Shown: positions 1-8,279, counted from the first letter of the stretch. The stretch: 12,068 bases of DNA from Sulfurimonadaceae bacterium (GCA_041548245.1 JBFESZ010000065.1:1-12068); one strand, 5' to 3'. Made by a program: numbers and translations. Notes: a model not told the origin generated them from the letters alone.

Positions 1-1
1 C

Positions 2-709
2 ATTAAGACCCGTACCTACTGCCGTACCGCCAAGAGCAAGTTCACGAACTGCATCAAGTGAGTCTTTGATCATCTTTTCACACTTGTTGAGCATCTCTAC
101 CCAACCACTGATCTCCTGACCAAGGGTAAGTGGTGTAGCGTCTTGAAGGTGTGTACGACCAATTTTTACGATGTTTGCGAATGCTTCACTCTTAGCTTGA
201 AGTGTCGCTTTCAACTTTGCAATCGCAGGAAGTACACGTTCTTCAACAGAGATAACCGCTGCGACATGAAGCGCTGTCGGATAGGTGTCGTTTGAAGATT
301 GTGATTTGTTGACATCATCATTTGGATGTACCAGTTTCTCTTTGCGGAAGTCACCACCCAAAATCTCGGTTGCACGATTTGCGAGAACTTCATTGTTGTT
401 CATATTAGACTGTGTACCTGATCCTGTCTGCCAAACAACCAGCGGATAGTTACCGTCTAATTTACCTTCAAGCATCTCATCTGCTGCTTGTGCAATAGCC
501 TCAGCTTTTTGAGCATCAAGTTTTCCCAGATCTTTGTTGACTAATGCAACTGCTTTTTTAAGGTAAGAGAAGCCGCGTGTGATCTCATATGGCATTGTCT
601 CTTCACCAATAGCAAAGTTTTGGATTGAGCGTTGTGTCTGTGCACCCCAATACGCATTTTCCGGGACTTCAATTTCACCCATTGTATCTTTTTCTATACG
701 TGTAGCCAT
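2..709 (-). CDS. fumC: Class II fumarate hydratase (fumarase C), N-terminal 236 codons; runs off the left window edge
   Basis: Not in the ORF track because it is truncated. Manual translation from ATG at 709 gives [28 protein letters not shown]...[17 protein letters not shown]...[19 protein letters not shown]...[18 protein letters not shown]...[13 protein letters not shown], which are hallmark FumC motifs. SD-like GGAGA lies in the last mdh codons. Confidence 0.96.
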   Translation of the reverse strand, partial: MATRIEKDTMGEIEVPENAYWGAQTQRSIQNFAIGEETMPYEITRGFSYLKKAVALVNKDLGKLDAQKAEAIAQAADEMLEGKLDGNYPLVVWQTGSGTQSNMNNNEVLANRATEILGGDFRKEKLVHPNDDVNKSQSSNDTYPTALHVAAVISVEERVLPAIAKLKATLQAKSEAFANIVKIGRTHLQDATPLTLGQEISGWVEMLNKCEKMIKDSLDAVRELALGGTAVGTGLN

Positions 710-713
710 TCTA

Positions 714-1670
714 TTATTCTCCATCAAAAAATTTGTTTGCGTTTAGCGTATCAATCAAGCTTTGGACTGAATCTACAGATTTTTTAAACATCTTCTTCTC
801 GACATCGTTCAATGTCACTTCAATAATCTTTTCACAGCCGTTGGCACCGATCATGATAGGAACACCCGATACAACATCAGAATAACCATACTCACCTTCG
901 AGCATTACCGCACATGGATGGATCTGTTTTGTATCTTTTAAAATTGCATCGACCATGATCGCCGTTGATTTACCCGGAGCATAGTAAGCTGAACCTGTTT
1001 GCAGGTAAGAAACAATTTCCGCACCACCCTGACGCGTACGCTGAACGATTTCATCAATCTCTGCATGTGTCAGTACATCCGTAAGAGGAACACCTGCAAC
1101 TGTAGAATAACGAGGAAGTGGAACCATGTCATCACCATGACCACCCATAACTGAAGCACGGATCTGTCCACCGCCGTATCCCAGTTTTTCTTGGATAAAC
1201 GATGCCATACGTGAAGAATCAAGGATACCAGCCATTCCCAATACACGGCTTCTGTCAAATCCTGACTCTTTAATCGCGACATAGGTCATTGCATCCAATG
1301 GATTAGAAACCATGATGACAATAGCATCCGGAGAGTATTTTGCGATATCTCGAAGTACTTCTTTGGTAATATTGGCATTGATCATTAATAAATCATCACG
1401 GCTCATCCCTGGAAGACGAGGACTTCCTGCTGTCACAACGACAACATCGCAGTTCGTCAACTGAGACATGTCTTCGGCAACTGAAACAACTGTATGAGAC
1501 CGTACGGCAGAAGCAGCCTGAGACATATCAAGTGCCTTTCCTTTTGCTATCTCAATCTTGTTATCTCTTAAAATGATTTCGTGACACGCACCTTGCATCG
1601 CCAGTGAATAGGCAACGGTGGATCCAACAAAACCTGCACCGACAATACCAACTCTTTTTCCTTGATTCAT
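714..1670 (-). CDS. mdh: Malate dehydrogenase (LDH-like MDH family), 318 aa
   Basis: Rossmann motif GAGFVG. Substrate loop [14 protein letters not shown] has the MDH-type Arg. Also SNPLD, LDSSR, GGHGD and GSAYYAP motifs. SD AGGAG at 1677-1681. Lies between icd and fumC. Confidence 0.96.
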   Translation of the reverse strand: MNQGKRVGIVGAGFVGSTVAYSLAMQGACHEIILRDNKIEIAKGKALDMSQAASAVRSHTVVSVAEDMSQLTNCDVVVVTAGSPRLPGMSRDDLLMINANITKEVLRDIAKYSPDAIVIMVSNPLDAMTYVAIKESGFDRSRVLGMAGILDSSRMASFIQEKLGYGGGQIRASVMGGHGDDMVPLPRYSTVAGVPLTDVLTHAEIDEIVQRTRQGGAEIVSYLQTGSAYYAPGKSTAIMVDAILKDTKQIHPCAVMLEGEYGYSDVVSGVPIMIGANGCEKIIEVTLNDVEKKMFKKSVDSVQSLIDTLNANKFFDGE

Positions 1671-1763
1671 AAAAAACTCCTGATGTAGTTATTCACTGAC
1701 CTGATACACTTAAGAATTATCTGCAGACAGACAACAATAAGTATATTTCAAGCAGTGATGAAG

Positions 1764-1769
1764 ATTATA
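1764..1769 (-). promoter_or_regulatory. Candidate sigma70 -10 box (TATAAT) for mdh-fumC
   Basis: + strand attata = TATAAT on the minus strand. It lies about 95 nt upstream of the mdh ATG and downstream of the icd terminator. Confidence 0.5.
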
Positions 1770-1808
1770 AGACCCAATTGTCTTTTATTTACAACCGGAA
1801 GGTTATAG

Positions 1809-1844
1809 AAAAAAAACAATTAAGAAGCTTAAAGCCTCTTAATT
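1809..1844 (-). terminator. Rho-independent terminator after icd
   Basis: Minus strand reads AATTAAGAGGCT-TTA-AGCTTCTTAATT, a 12-bp stem with one G-U pair, followed by G and T8 (A-tract at 1809-1816 on +). Confidence 0.8.
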
Positions 1845-1856
1845 TCGAAGCTATGA

Positions 1857-1885
1857 CCGTCAAAGGGTTTATAACCCCTTAACAG
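1857..1885 (-). other. Stem-loop in icd 3' UTR upstream of the terminator
   Basis: Minus strand reads CTGTTAAGGGGTT-ATA-AACCCTTTGACGG, a 13-bp stem with three G-U pairs, starting 12 nt after the icd stop. Confidence 0.6.
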
Positions 1886-1897
1886 ATTGCATTTTGC

Positions 1898-4069
1898 TTA
1901 TATAGCGTCGATAATAGCGTTTAATGTTGCAGAAGGACGCATTGCTTTTTCAGCTTTAGCGTCATCTGGATGGAAGTAACCACCAACATCTTGTGCTTTA
2001 CCTTCAACAGCCATAAGTTCAGACATGATCTGCTCTTCTTTCTCTGTCAACTCTTTAGCAACTGGAGCGAATTTAGCAGCGATCTCTGCATTGTCAGATT
2101 TTGCAAGTGCATTTGCCCAATATTGTGCTACATAGAAGTGTGAAGCTTTATTATCCGGCTCACCCGCTTTTCTTCCCGGAGCTTTGTTGTTATCAAGGTA
2201 ACCTTGGTTAGCAACATCAAGACCAGCAGTAATAGCAGCTAATTTATCGTTAGGGTTTTTCTGATTGATCATACGTAGTGACTCTGCAAGTGCAAGGAAC
2301 TCACCAAGTGAATCCCAACGTAGGTGACCCTCAGCTAGGAATTGATCAACGTGCTTAGGAGCAGATCCACCAGCACCAGTTTCAAATAGACCACCACCAG
2401 CGATCAATGGAACGATAGAAAGCATTTTTGCTGAAGTACCAAGCTCAAGGATCGGATACATATCAGTCAAGTGGTCACGAAGAACGTTACCAGTTACCGC
2501 GATAGTGTTAAGACCTTTACGGATACGCTCATTTGTAAAACGAGTTGCATTAGTCACGTTCATGAACTGAATGTCAAGACCAGAAGTATCATAATCTTTC
2601 AAATACTCTTTAACTTTTTTAGTTACTTCAGCATCGTGTGCACGGTTTTCATCCAACCAGAATACCGCTGGGATACCTTCAATACGAGTTCTTTCAACTG
2701 TTAAACGAACCCAGTCACGAATTGGGATATCTTTAACGCGAGAAAGTCTCCAGATGTCACCAGCTTCACACTCGAAGCTCATTAGAACACCATTGTCACC
2801 AGAAACAGTCACAGTACCTGCTTCAGCTAATTCGAAAGTTGTTGGATGTGAACCGTACTCTTCAGCTTTTTGAGCCATTAGACCGATATTTTGCATTGCA
2901 CCCATTGTTGCAACATCATACTGTCCATTTTTAACACAGTCAGCAACCATCTCAGCATGGAACATACCGTAAGTCGAGTCAGGAATAACAGCTACAGTCT
3001 CTAATGCTGCACCTGTACGATCCCATTGTTTACCACCTTCACGTACAACAACTGGCATAGAAGCATCGATAATGACATCGTTTGGCGCGTTGAAGTTAGT
3101 TTCACCTTTGTCAGAGTCAACCATAGCAATCTTAGGAGCATCAGAATCAACTACAGCTTGGAAAGCAGCTTTGATTTCAGCTTCTAGAGCGTGACCTTTG
3201 ATTTTCTTTTCAAGATCAGACATACCAAGGTTAGGGTTAACACCTACTTCTTTGAAAACGTCTGCATATTTTGCGAACACACCTTCGAAGAAGATCTCAA
3301 ATGCATGACCGAACATAATTGGGTCAGAAATTTTCATCATAGTTGCTTTCAAGTGAACAGACCAGATAAGACCTTTCGCTTTAGCATCTTCGATTGTTTT
3401 TTTGTAGAATGCACGCATTGCAGCAACAGACATGAATGTACCATCAAGAATCTCACCTTCAAGTGCATCAATAGTTTTTAGTTCTTTACCGTTTAATGCG
3501 ATAGTCACTTTTTGTGCTTTGTCGATAGTAACAGATTGCTCGTTTCCGTAGAAATCCCCTTTACCTTCCATGTGAGCGACATAAGCTTTAGAATCAGCAG
3601 CAAACGCGCGAAGTTTATGTGGGTTTTTCTGTGCAAAGTTTTTAACCGCTACAGCCGCACGGCGGTCAGAGTTACCTTCACGAAGAACCGGGTTAACTGC
3701 AGAACCTAGACATACGTCATATTTCGCTTTAGTCTCTTTTTCAGCATCGTTTGCAGGATTTTCAGGATAGTTAGGAATATCATAACCTTGACCTTGAAGT
3801 TCCGCGATACAGTCTTTAAGCTGACCAACAGATGCAGAAATGTTTGGAAGTTTGATAACATTACCGTCAGGCTGAAGTACAACTTCACCTAATTTAGACA
3901 GTTCGTCTTCAACAAGACCTTGGCTTGCTAGTACACGACCAGCTAGAGAGATGTCACTAAGAACTACCTCTACACCTGCTTCTTTTGTGAAAGCATTAAC
4001 GATTGGTAGTAACGAGTATGTTGCTAAAGCCGGAGCTTCATCGATTTTAGACCAAATGATTTTTGACAT
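1898..4069 (-). CDS. icd: Monomeric NADP-dependent isocitrate dehydrogenase, 723 aa
   Basis: Monomeric IDH motifs: DEAPALATYSLLP, KLPNISAS, GSAVNPVLREGNSDRRA, HLKATMMKISDPI, GNVLRD, ELGTSAKMLS, FETGAGGSAPKH, LRWDSLGE. Start reassigned from 4102 (TTG in the ORF track) to ATG at 4069 (MSKIIWSKIDE), which has SD AGAGGA at 4077-4082. Confidence 0.97.
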   Translation of the reverse strand: MSKIIWSKIDEAPALATYSLLPIVNAFTKEAGVEVVLSDISLAGRVLASQGLVEDELSKLGEVVLQPDGNVIKLPNISASVGQLKDCIAELQGQGYDIPNYPENPANDAEKETKAKYDVCLGSAVNPVLREGNSDRRAAVAVKNFAQKNPHKLRAFAADSKAYVAHMEGKGDFYGNEQSVTIDKAQKVTIALNGKELKTIDALEGEILDGTFMSVAAMRAFYKKTIEDAKAKGLIWSVHLKATMMKISDPIMFGHAFEIFFEGVFAKYADVFKEVGVNPNLGMSDLEKKIKGHALEAEIKAAFQAVVDSDAPKIAMVDSDKGETNFNAPNDVIIDASMPVVVREGGKQWDRTGAALETVAVIPDSTYGMFHAEMVADCVKNGQYDVATMGAMQNIGLMAQKAEEYGSHPTTFELAEAGTVTVSGDNGVLMSFECEAGDIWRLSRVKDIPIRDWVRLTVERTRIEGIPAVFWLDENRAHDAEVTKKVKEYLKDYDTSGLDIQFMNVTNATRFTNERIRKGLNTIAVTGNVLRDHLTDMYPILELGTSAKMLSIVPLIAGGGLFETGAGGSAPKHVDQFLAEGHLRWDSLGEFLALAESLRMINQKNPNDKLAAITAGLDVANQGYLDNNKAPGRKAGEPDNKASHFYVAQYWANALAKSDNAEIAAKFAPVAKELTEKEEQIMSELMAVEGKAQDVGGYFHPDDAKAEKAMRPSATLNAIIDAI

Positions 4070-4103
4070 GTGAGTTTCCTCTTTGTATGATTTTACGTTC
4101 AAA

Positions 4104-4112
4104 ATAATAGCA
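4104..4112 (-). promoter_or_regulatory. Candidate extended -10 promoter (TGcTATTAT) for icd
   Basis: One mismatch to TGnTATAAT. Would give a leader of about 28 nt containing the SD. Confidence 0.5.
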
Positions 4113-4132
4113 CTTTAACAATTCAATTGAGC

Positions 4133-4149
4133 ATTATAATAATTATAAT
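4133..4149. promoter_or_regulatory. 8-1-8 inverted repeat ATTATAAT-A-ATTATAAT (PerR/Fur-family-like operator, or tandem -10 boxes)
   Basis: Core 4134-4148 TTATAATAATTATAA is an exact match to the Bacillus subtilis PerR-box consensus TTATAATnATTATAA. It lies in the mltG-icd intergenic gap. Confidence 0.45.
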
Positions 4150-4157
4150 TCAGAGCT

Positions 4158-5135
4158 TTAAGGTTTTATGTTTCTTTTAGTAACAGTACCAATGTTATGT
4201 AAATGTGTAGAATAGTAACGTGAAAAATTGTGTGTTCCATTTTTATTCTTCATAAAATAAAGATACTCCGTCTTGGCAGGGAAAATTGCCGCCTTGATTG
4301 CCGAAAGCTCTACATTACATACAGGAAAAGGTGGCAAGCCCCTGTACATATAGGTGTTATACTTGCTGCTGTCTTGACGTATTCGTCTGGGAGTAATCTT
4401 TTGATGGGAAAATTCACCATAGTTGAGCGTACCATCCATCTGAAGCTTCATTCCTTTTTTAAGCCGATTATAGATGACTGAGGCCACAAGCGGCATTTCC
4501 TCTTTATTTGCCGCTTCTTTCTGGATCACCGAAGCTATAACAAGATACTTTTGCCACTTTTTCTTGTTATACTCTCCGAAAATCTTTTCGGACCATGCCT
4601 TGTGCCGTCTGTATGAAGATCGCAAAAGATGAATTGCCGTCCTTTTCTCATCAATTCCGATAGGCAATTGGTAAGTATCAGGCACAAGAGATCCCTCTTC
4701 AAAGTATCCTATTTCTTTAAAATACTTATAAAGCAGCTCCGTATTTAATCCCAACTCCTGTGCAAGCTGTTGCGAAAAACCGTAAGTTGTCTCTCCGGGT
4801 ATCAATGTCACCGACTTCATCGCAGCCTTAGCCGTCGTCAATTTATATAAGAAGTCCCCGTGACTCATCTGTGTTGAACCCATGTATATCCAACCCTGTT
4901 GAGGGCTTCCGAAAAATCTCAAAAAAGTCTTGTCCATAGTGGTTACGGTGATGTTTTTGGCTTGGAGATGTGATATAATGGCGCCAATTGAGCCTGAAGG
5001 TATGTAAAGCACCTTCGCAGTGTGAAGCGGTTGAGCAAGGTAATAGATGAAGAGTAGTACAGTAAGCAAGATTATTTCAAATATCCAGTTTACTCTATAC
5101 AGCTTTTTCACGTTTATAATCTCTGGTATCATCAT
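4158..5135 (-). CDS. mltG: Endolytic transglycosylase MltG (YceG-like)
   Basis: N-terminal TM helix (WIFEIILLTVLLFIYYL), VTLIPGE, EGSLVPDTY, IASVIQKEA, VIYNRLKKGMKLQMDGT, YNTYMYRGLPPFPVCN and YLYF motifs. The start is uncertain: ATG 5135, ATG 5132 or GTG 5111. Confidence 0.93.
   Translation of the reverse strand: MMIPEIINVKKLYRVNWIFEIILLTVLLFIYYLAQPLHTAKVLYIPSGSIGAIISHLQAKNITVTTMDKTFLRFFGSPQQGWIYMGSTQMSHGDFLYKLTTAKAAMKSVTLIPGETTYGFSQQLAQELGLNTELLYKYFKEIGYFEEGSLVPDTYQLPIGIDEKRTAIHLLRSSYRRHKAWSEKIFGEYNKKKWQKYLVIASVIQKEAANKEEMPLVASVIYNRLKKGMKLQMDGTLNYGEFSHQKITPRRIRQDSSKYNTYMYRGLPPFPVCNVELSAIKAAIFPAKTEYLYFMKNKNGTHNFSRYYSTHLHNIGTVTKRNIKP
4971..4979 (+). promoter_or_regulatory. Extended -10 promoter TGATATAAT for the AsmA/YhdP-like gene, embedded antisense in mltG
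   Basis: Perfect TGnTATAAT ending 67 nt before the ATG at 5047. SD AAGG at 5037-5040 with a 6-nt spacer. Confidence 0.65.
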
Positions 5136-8100
5136 TTTCTATGCTCTTTTAACAAACGGTGTTTCAATGCCGCTGGTCATACTTCCTGGCCTTAAAGTTG
5201 AGCAATTATACATAAAACTTGATAAAAAGCTCATCCTCCATGCCGACCGTATATATGTTTCTTATCGTAACAATAAGCCCACTGAAACCCCGCTAGAAAA
5301 TATCCCTGAACTTTTAAGCCTTGTTGACTTTACCCGTAATAACTTCCACTCATTTAAAGTTGAAGAGCTAAACATAGGAGATAAGAAAGTTACTTTTAGT
5401 TACACTAAAGAGCCGACCTCACCCGAAGACAACACGCTTACGCTCCAGAATGAAGAGATGAACTTGACAACATCTTTCAGTTTCCACGACAGTTTCATGC
5501 TGGCCAAGATGGAAAATGTCCTTCATAAACCAACCAATATCACTTTGAATTCGAAGTTAATAATTGATTTCAATACAAGAGATACATACAGTATCACGTC
5601 ACTCTCTCTGCCTGAAAAGACAAACCTTAACATCTATACCAAGACGAATACCAAAGCCCTCGCCTTTAGTGCATCATCCAATGCGTTTCGTGATCTCTCA
5701 GCGATTATAAACATATTTAATCTTAAGAAGAATATTTCGAAATGGATTGTTGATTATAATAGAGCACAAAGCTATCAACTGCTTGAAGCTAAAGGTGTCT
5801 ATGCATATAAAAACCCTCAGGTTCTCGTCAATACACTCTTTTTACATGCACGAGAAACGGGTCTTAATTACACTTTCCATCCAAAACTCTTTCCTGTCTC
5901 ATCCCCTTCGACAGATGTCTATTTTGAAAAAGGCGTTCTCAGTATACGACCGCACCATGCGATGTATAACCTGCATCTACTGGATGAGAGGAGTGCTGTA
6001 AATATTGACTTTAATCAGCAGCACACTCTTTTGAATGTTGATCTTAGAACTCAGAGCGTTTTAGACAGTGATATTATAGAAATCGTTAATGCCTACAATA
6101 TTCCCTTGCCTCTGCTACAAGAAAAAGGCACAACTCAGGCACATATAGACCTTACTATCGATCTCTTTAACGAAGAAGTCTCTGCGAATGGAGAGTTTTT
6201 TGTTCGTGAATCCGATCTAATCCTTGATGGCATTCGATATAAGATCAAGAATGCAACAGCCAGACTGCATAAAGGCCTTCTAAGCCTTGATAGTACATCG
6301 GTAAACTATGATGATATTTTCCTGGCTATTGTCAACGGTCAACTGGACCTAAGGACACGCACAGGTGATTTTTTCTTTGACGTCGAAAGTATTAAATTAC
6401 CACTCTCTCAATCACAGGAACTGGAACTTTTAGATAAAAACGTCCAAGTTCAACTGAACTTTGATAAAGAGTCTCAAAAATTTATCTTTCCGACTTCACA
6501 CTGGAAGTTTGATGAATATACCATGACTTTAGGTAGGAACAGTTTGATAGCGCCTGTCAAATTTGACTCAAGAAACATCATCAAAGACCTCAAAATTAAC
6601 ATACCAAACATAACGGATATCAAAATAAATGGCGTTCTTGATTTGGCCCGTGCTTCGACAAAACTTGATCTCAACCTCTCTAATATCAACTATCACCAAG
6701 ATGACTTAAACCTCTCAAGTGCACAAGTAATCCCGTTAGAACTACATTATGACAATAATAAAACAGATATCAACCTGCACCAACCCGTCCTCTTTCAAGT
6801 CAATGACAATACTCTCGAAATTCTACCTACCAAGGTCCAAGTTAAAAATGGCTATCTGGAGACTAACACGACAGAGATAAGAATAAACGAAGAGCTTTTC
6901 ACACAATTGTCCACACATTACAAAGTTGGCGAGAAAAAGATTGAATTGCTTTTACAAAACACAATGTTATCTTCACCGGAACTCCTTTTCATCGAACCTG
7001 TTGTCGGGCTATCTTACGAAAAAAGTGATGGAAAGCATCATTTCGACATCGACAAACTGACTATACATGCCGTATTAAATGAGGACAAATCCCTGCAACT
7101 AAACGTTAAAGACTTCTCTAAACTCCACCCCTATTCTAGTATTTTACGTATGTATGATATTAAAGCAGGCTCTGCCGATTTTATCTATATCGACAAAGAT
7201 AATATAGGAGTGGATCTCAGACTTGTAGACTTTCCCCCTCTTTTGTCAAAAAACGGTAAAAAGATCACCTCATATGATGTCAAAGGCCGGTATAAAGATG
7301 AAGTCACCCAATTAAGTATCAACAATGACATCGACTTCATCTATTATAAAAAAGGGAAGTTTATAGCCAAAAATGTAGACTTCAATCTTTTTGCGATTAA
7401 AGAGTATCTCAACGATATACAAAACAAAAATGAAAAAAACAATTTAGAACTGCTGGTACAAACAAACAACTGTAATGTAAGGTTGGGAGATTCAGGTCGA
7501 AAGATTCTTTCAGACACGATTAAAATCAACATTAAAAAAGACACCATTGACGCACAGCTTTTCCATGGCAAAGGCGTCGTACTCTTTCAAAGTGAAGGGG
7601 ACACCGTTTCTGTCTACGGTCAAAACCTAAACGATGCATTTATCAACGAACTTTTTAAGTTCTCAACCTTTAAAAACGGAACCTTGTCATTTGCCGTAAC
7701 GGGGACCTATGACAATTTCAAAGGCATAGTACAAATTGATGACACGATTCTTAAAGACTATACTGTTTTAAACAACACACTCGCTTTTTTTAATACTATT
7801 CCGTCTTTAGTCACCTTCTCCGTTCCCGGCTATTCTAAAAAGGGACTCAAAGTCGATAAGATGTATACCAACTTTGACGTCAATGGAAGTAATGTAAGCA
7901 TTAAAGACACCAAGATAAGTTCGAAAGAGCTCACTATTACAGCCAGAGGGAAATCTGATCTTCAGAAAGAGACAATCGACCTTTTAATGCAGGTCAAAAC
8001 CGATCTAGGCAGTTCTGCTAAAAATATTCCTGTCATAGGCTATATCATCTTTGGTGATGACTCTATCTCCACGACCGTTAGGGTTCATGGTGATTTAAAG

Positions 8101-8232
8101 GACCCCAAAGTGGAAAGCTCTGTAGCTAAAAGCGTAATCGTTGCGCCTTATAACATCATCAAAAGAACCATTACCCTTCCGTTTAAGGCTTTGGATATCT
8201 TCGATAAAAACGATTCCAAGCCTAACGAGTGA
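5047..8232 (+). CDS. AsmA-like C-terminal / YhdP-TamB-like (DUF3971-type) membrane-anchored periplasmic protein, 1061 aa
   Basis: Single N-terminal TM segment (FTLYSFFTFIISGIIIFYALL) followed by a long beta-strand-like amphipathic body. The C-terminus ...NIPVIGYIIFG...TVRVHGDLKDPKV resembles the AsmA-like C-terminal signature. It is divergent to mltG, as I recall for Campylobacterota homologues. The family call is by recognition, not by HMM. Confidence 0.78.
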   Translation: MKSSTVSKIISNIQFTLYSFFTFIISGIIIFYALLTNGVSMPLVILPGLKVEQLYIKLDKKLILHADRIYVSYRNNKPTETPLENIPELLSLVDFTRNNFHSFKVEELNIGDKKVTFSYTKEPTSPEDNTLTLQNEEMNLTTSFSFHDSFMLAKMENVLHKPTNITLNSKLIIDFNTRDTYSITSLSLPEKTNLNIYTKTNTKALAFSASSNAFRDLSAIINIFNLKKNISKWIVDYNRAQSYQLLEAKGVYAYKNPQVLVNTLFLHARETGLNYTFHPKLFPVSSPSTDVYFEKGVLSIRPHHAMYNLHLLDERSAVNIDFNQQHTLLNVDLRTQSVLDSDIIEIVNAYNIPLPLLQEKGTTQAHIDLTIDLFNEEVSANGEFFVRESDLILDGIRYKIKNATARLHKGLLSLDSTSVNYDDIFLAIVNGQLDLRTRTGDFFFDVESIKLPLSQSQELELLDKNVQVQLNFDKESQKFIFPTSHWKFDEYTMTLGRNSLIAPVKFDSRNIIKDLKINIPNITDIKINGVLDLARASTKLDLNLSNINYHQDDLNLSSAQVIPLELHYDNNKTDINLHQPVLFQVNDNTLEILPTKVQVKNGYLETNTTEIRINEELFTQLSTHYKVGEKKIELLLQNTMLSSPELLFIEPVVGLSYEKSDGKHHFDIDKLTIHAVLNEDKSLQLNVKDFSKLHPYSSILRMYDIKAGSADFIYIDKDNIGVDLRLVDFPPLLSKNGKKITSYDVKGRYKDEVTQLSINNDIDFIYYKKGKFIAKNVDFNLFAIKEYLNDIQNKNEKNNLELLVQTNNCNVRLGDSGRKILSDTIKINIKKDTIDAQLFHGKGVVLFQSEGDTVSVYGQNLNDAFINELFKFSTFKNGTLSFAVTGTYDNFKGIVQIDDTILKDYTVLNNTLAFFNTIPSLVTFSVPGYSKKGLKVDKMYTNFDVNGSNVSIKDTKISSKELTITARGKSDLQKETIDLLMQVKTDLGSSAKNIPVIGYIIFGDDSISTTVRVHGDLKDPKVESSVAKSVIVAPYNIIKRTITLPFKALDIFDKNDSKPNE
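5205..5210 (-). promoter_or_regulatory. Candidate -10 box (TATAAT) for mltG, embedded antisense in the AsmA-like gene
   Basis: + strand attata, about 70 nt upstream of mltG ATG 5135. It is preceded on the minus strand by T-tracts about 10 bp apart (5214-5217, 5224-5228), typical of Campylobacterota sigma70 promoters. Confidence 0.55.
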
Positions 8233-8279
8233 TTTAAAACCTCTCTTGAGCAATACAGAACAATGAAAGACTTCCTTTT

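Noticed and set aside
211..393. 60-aa minus-strand ORF
   Set aside because: It is out of frame inside fumC, which the track missed because it is truncated by the window.
1809..1816. A8 homopolymer as a phase-variation tract
   Set aside because: It is the terminator U-tract. No long poly-G/C tracts were seen in the window.
2471..3888. Four 60-96 aa ORFs within icd
   Set aside because: They are antisense or off-frame by-products of biased codon usage, with no independent support.
4070..4102. 11-aa N-terminal extension of Icd in the ORF track (TTG start)
   Set aside because: The SD and family N-terminus point to ATG 4069, and the extension spans the predicted leader.
5115..5120. Additional + strand TATAAT inside the overlap
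   Set aside because: It lies downstream of the AsmA-like start and would give a product lacking its anchor. It is probably chance in AT-rich sequence.
5047..8232. AT-richer composition of the AsmA-like gene as a sign of horizontal transfer
   Set aside because: It is explained by the Asn/Lys/Ile-rich protein composition. There are no flanking repeats, integrase or tRNA, and the gene is interlocked with mltG.
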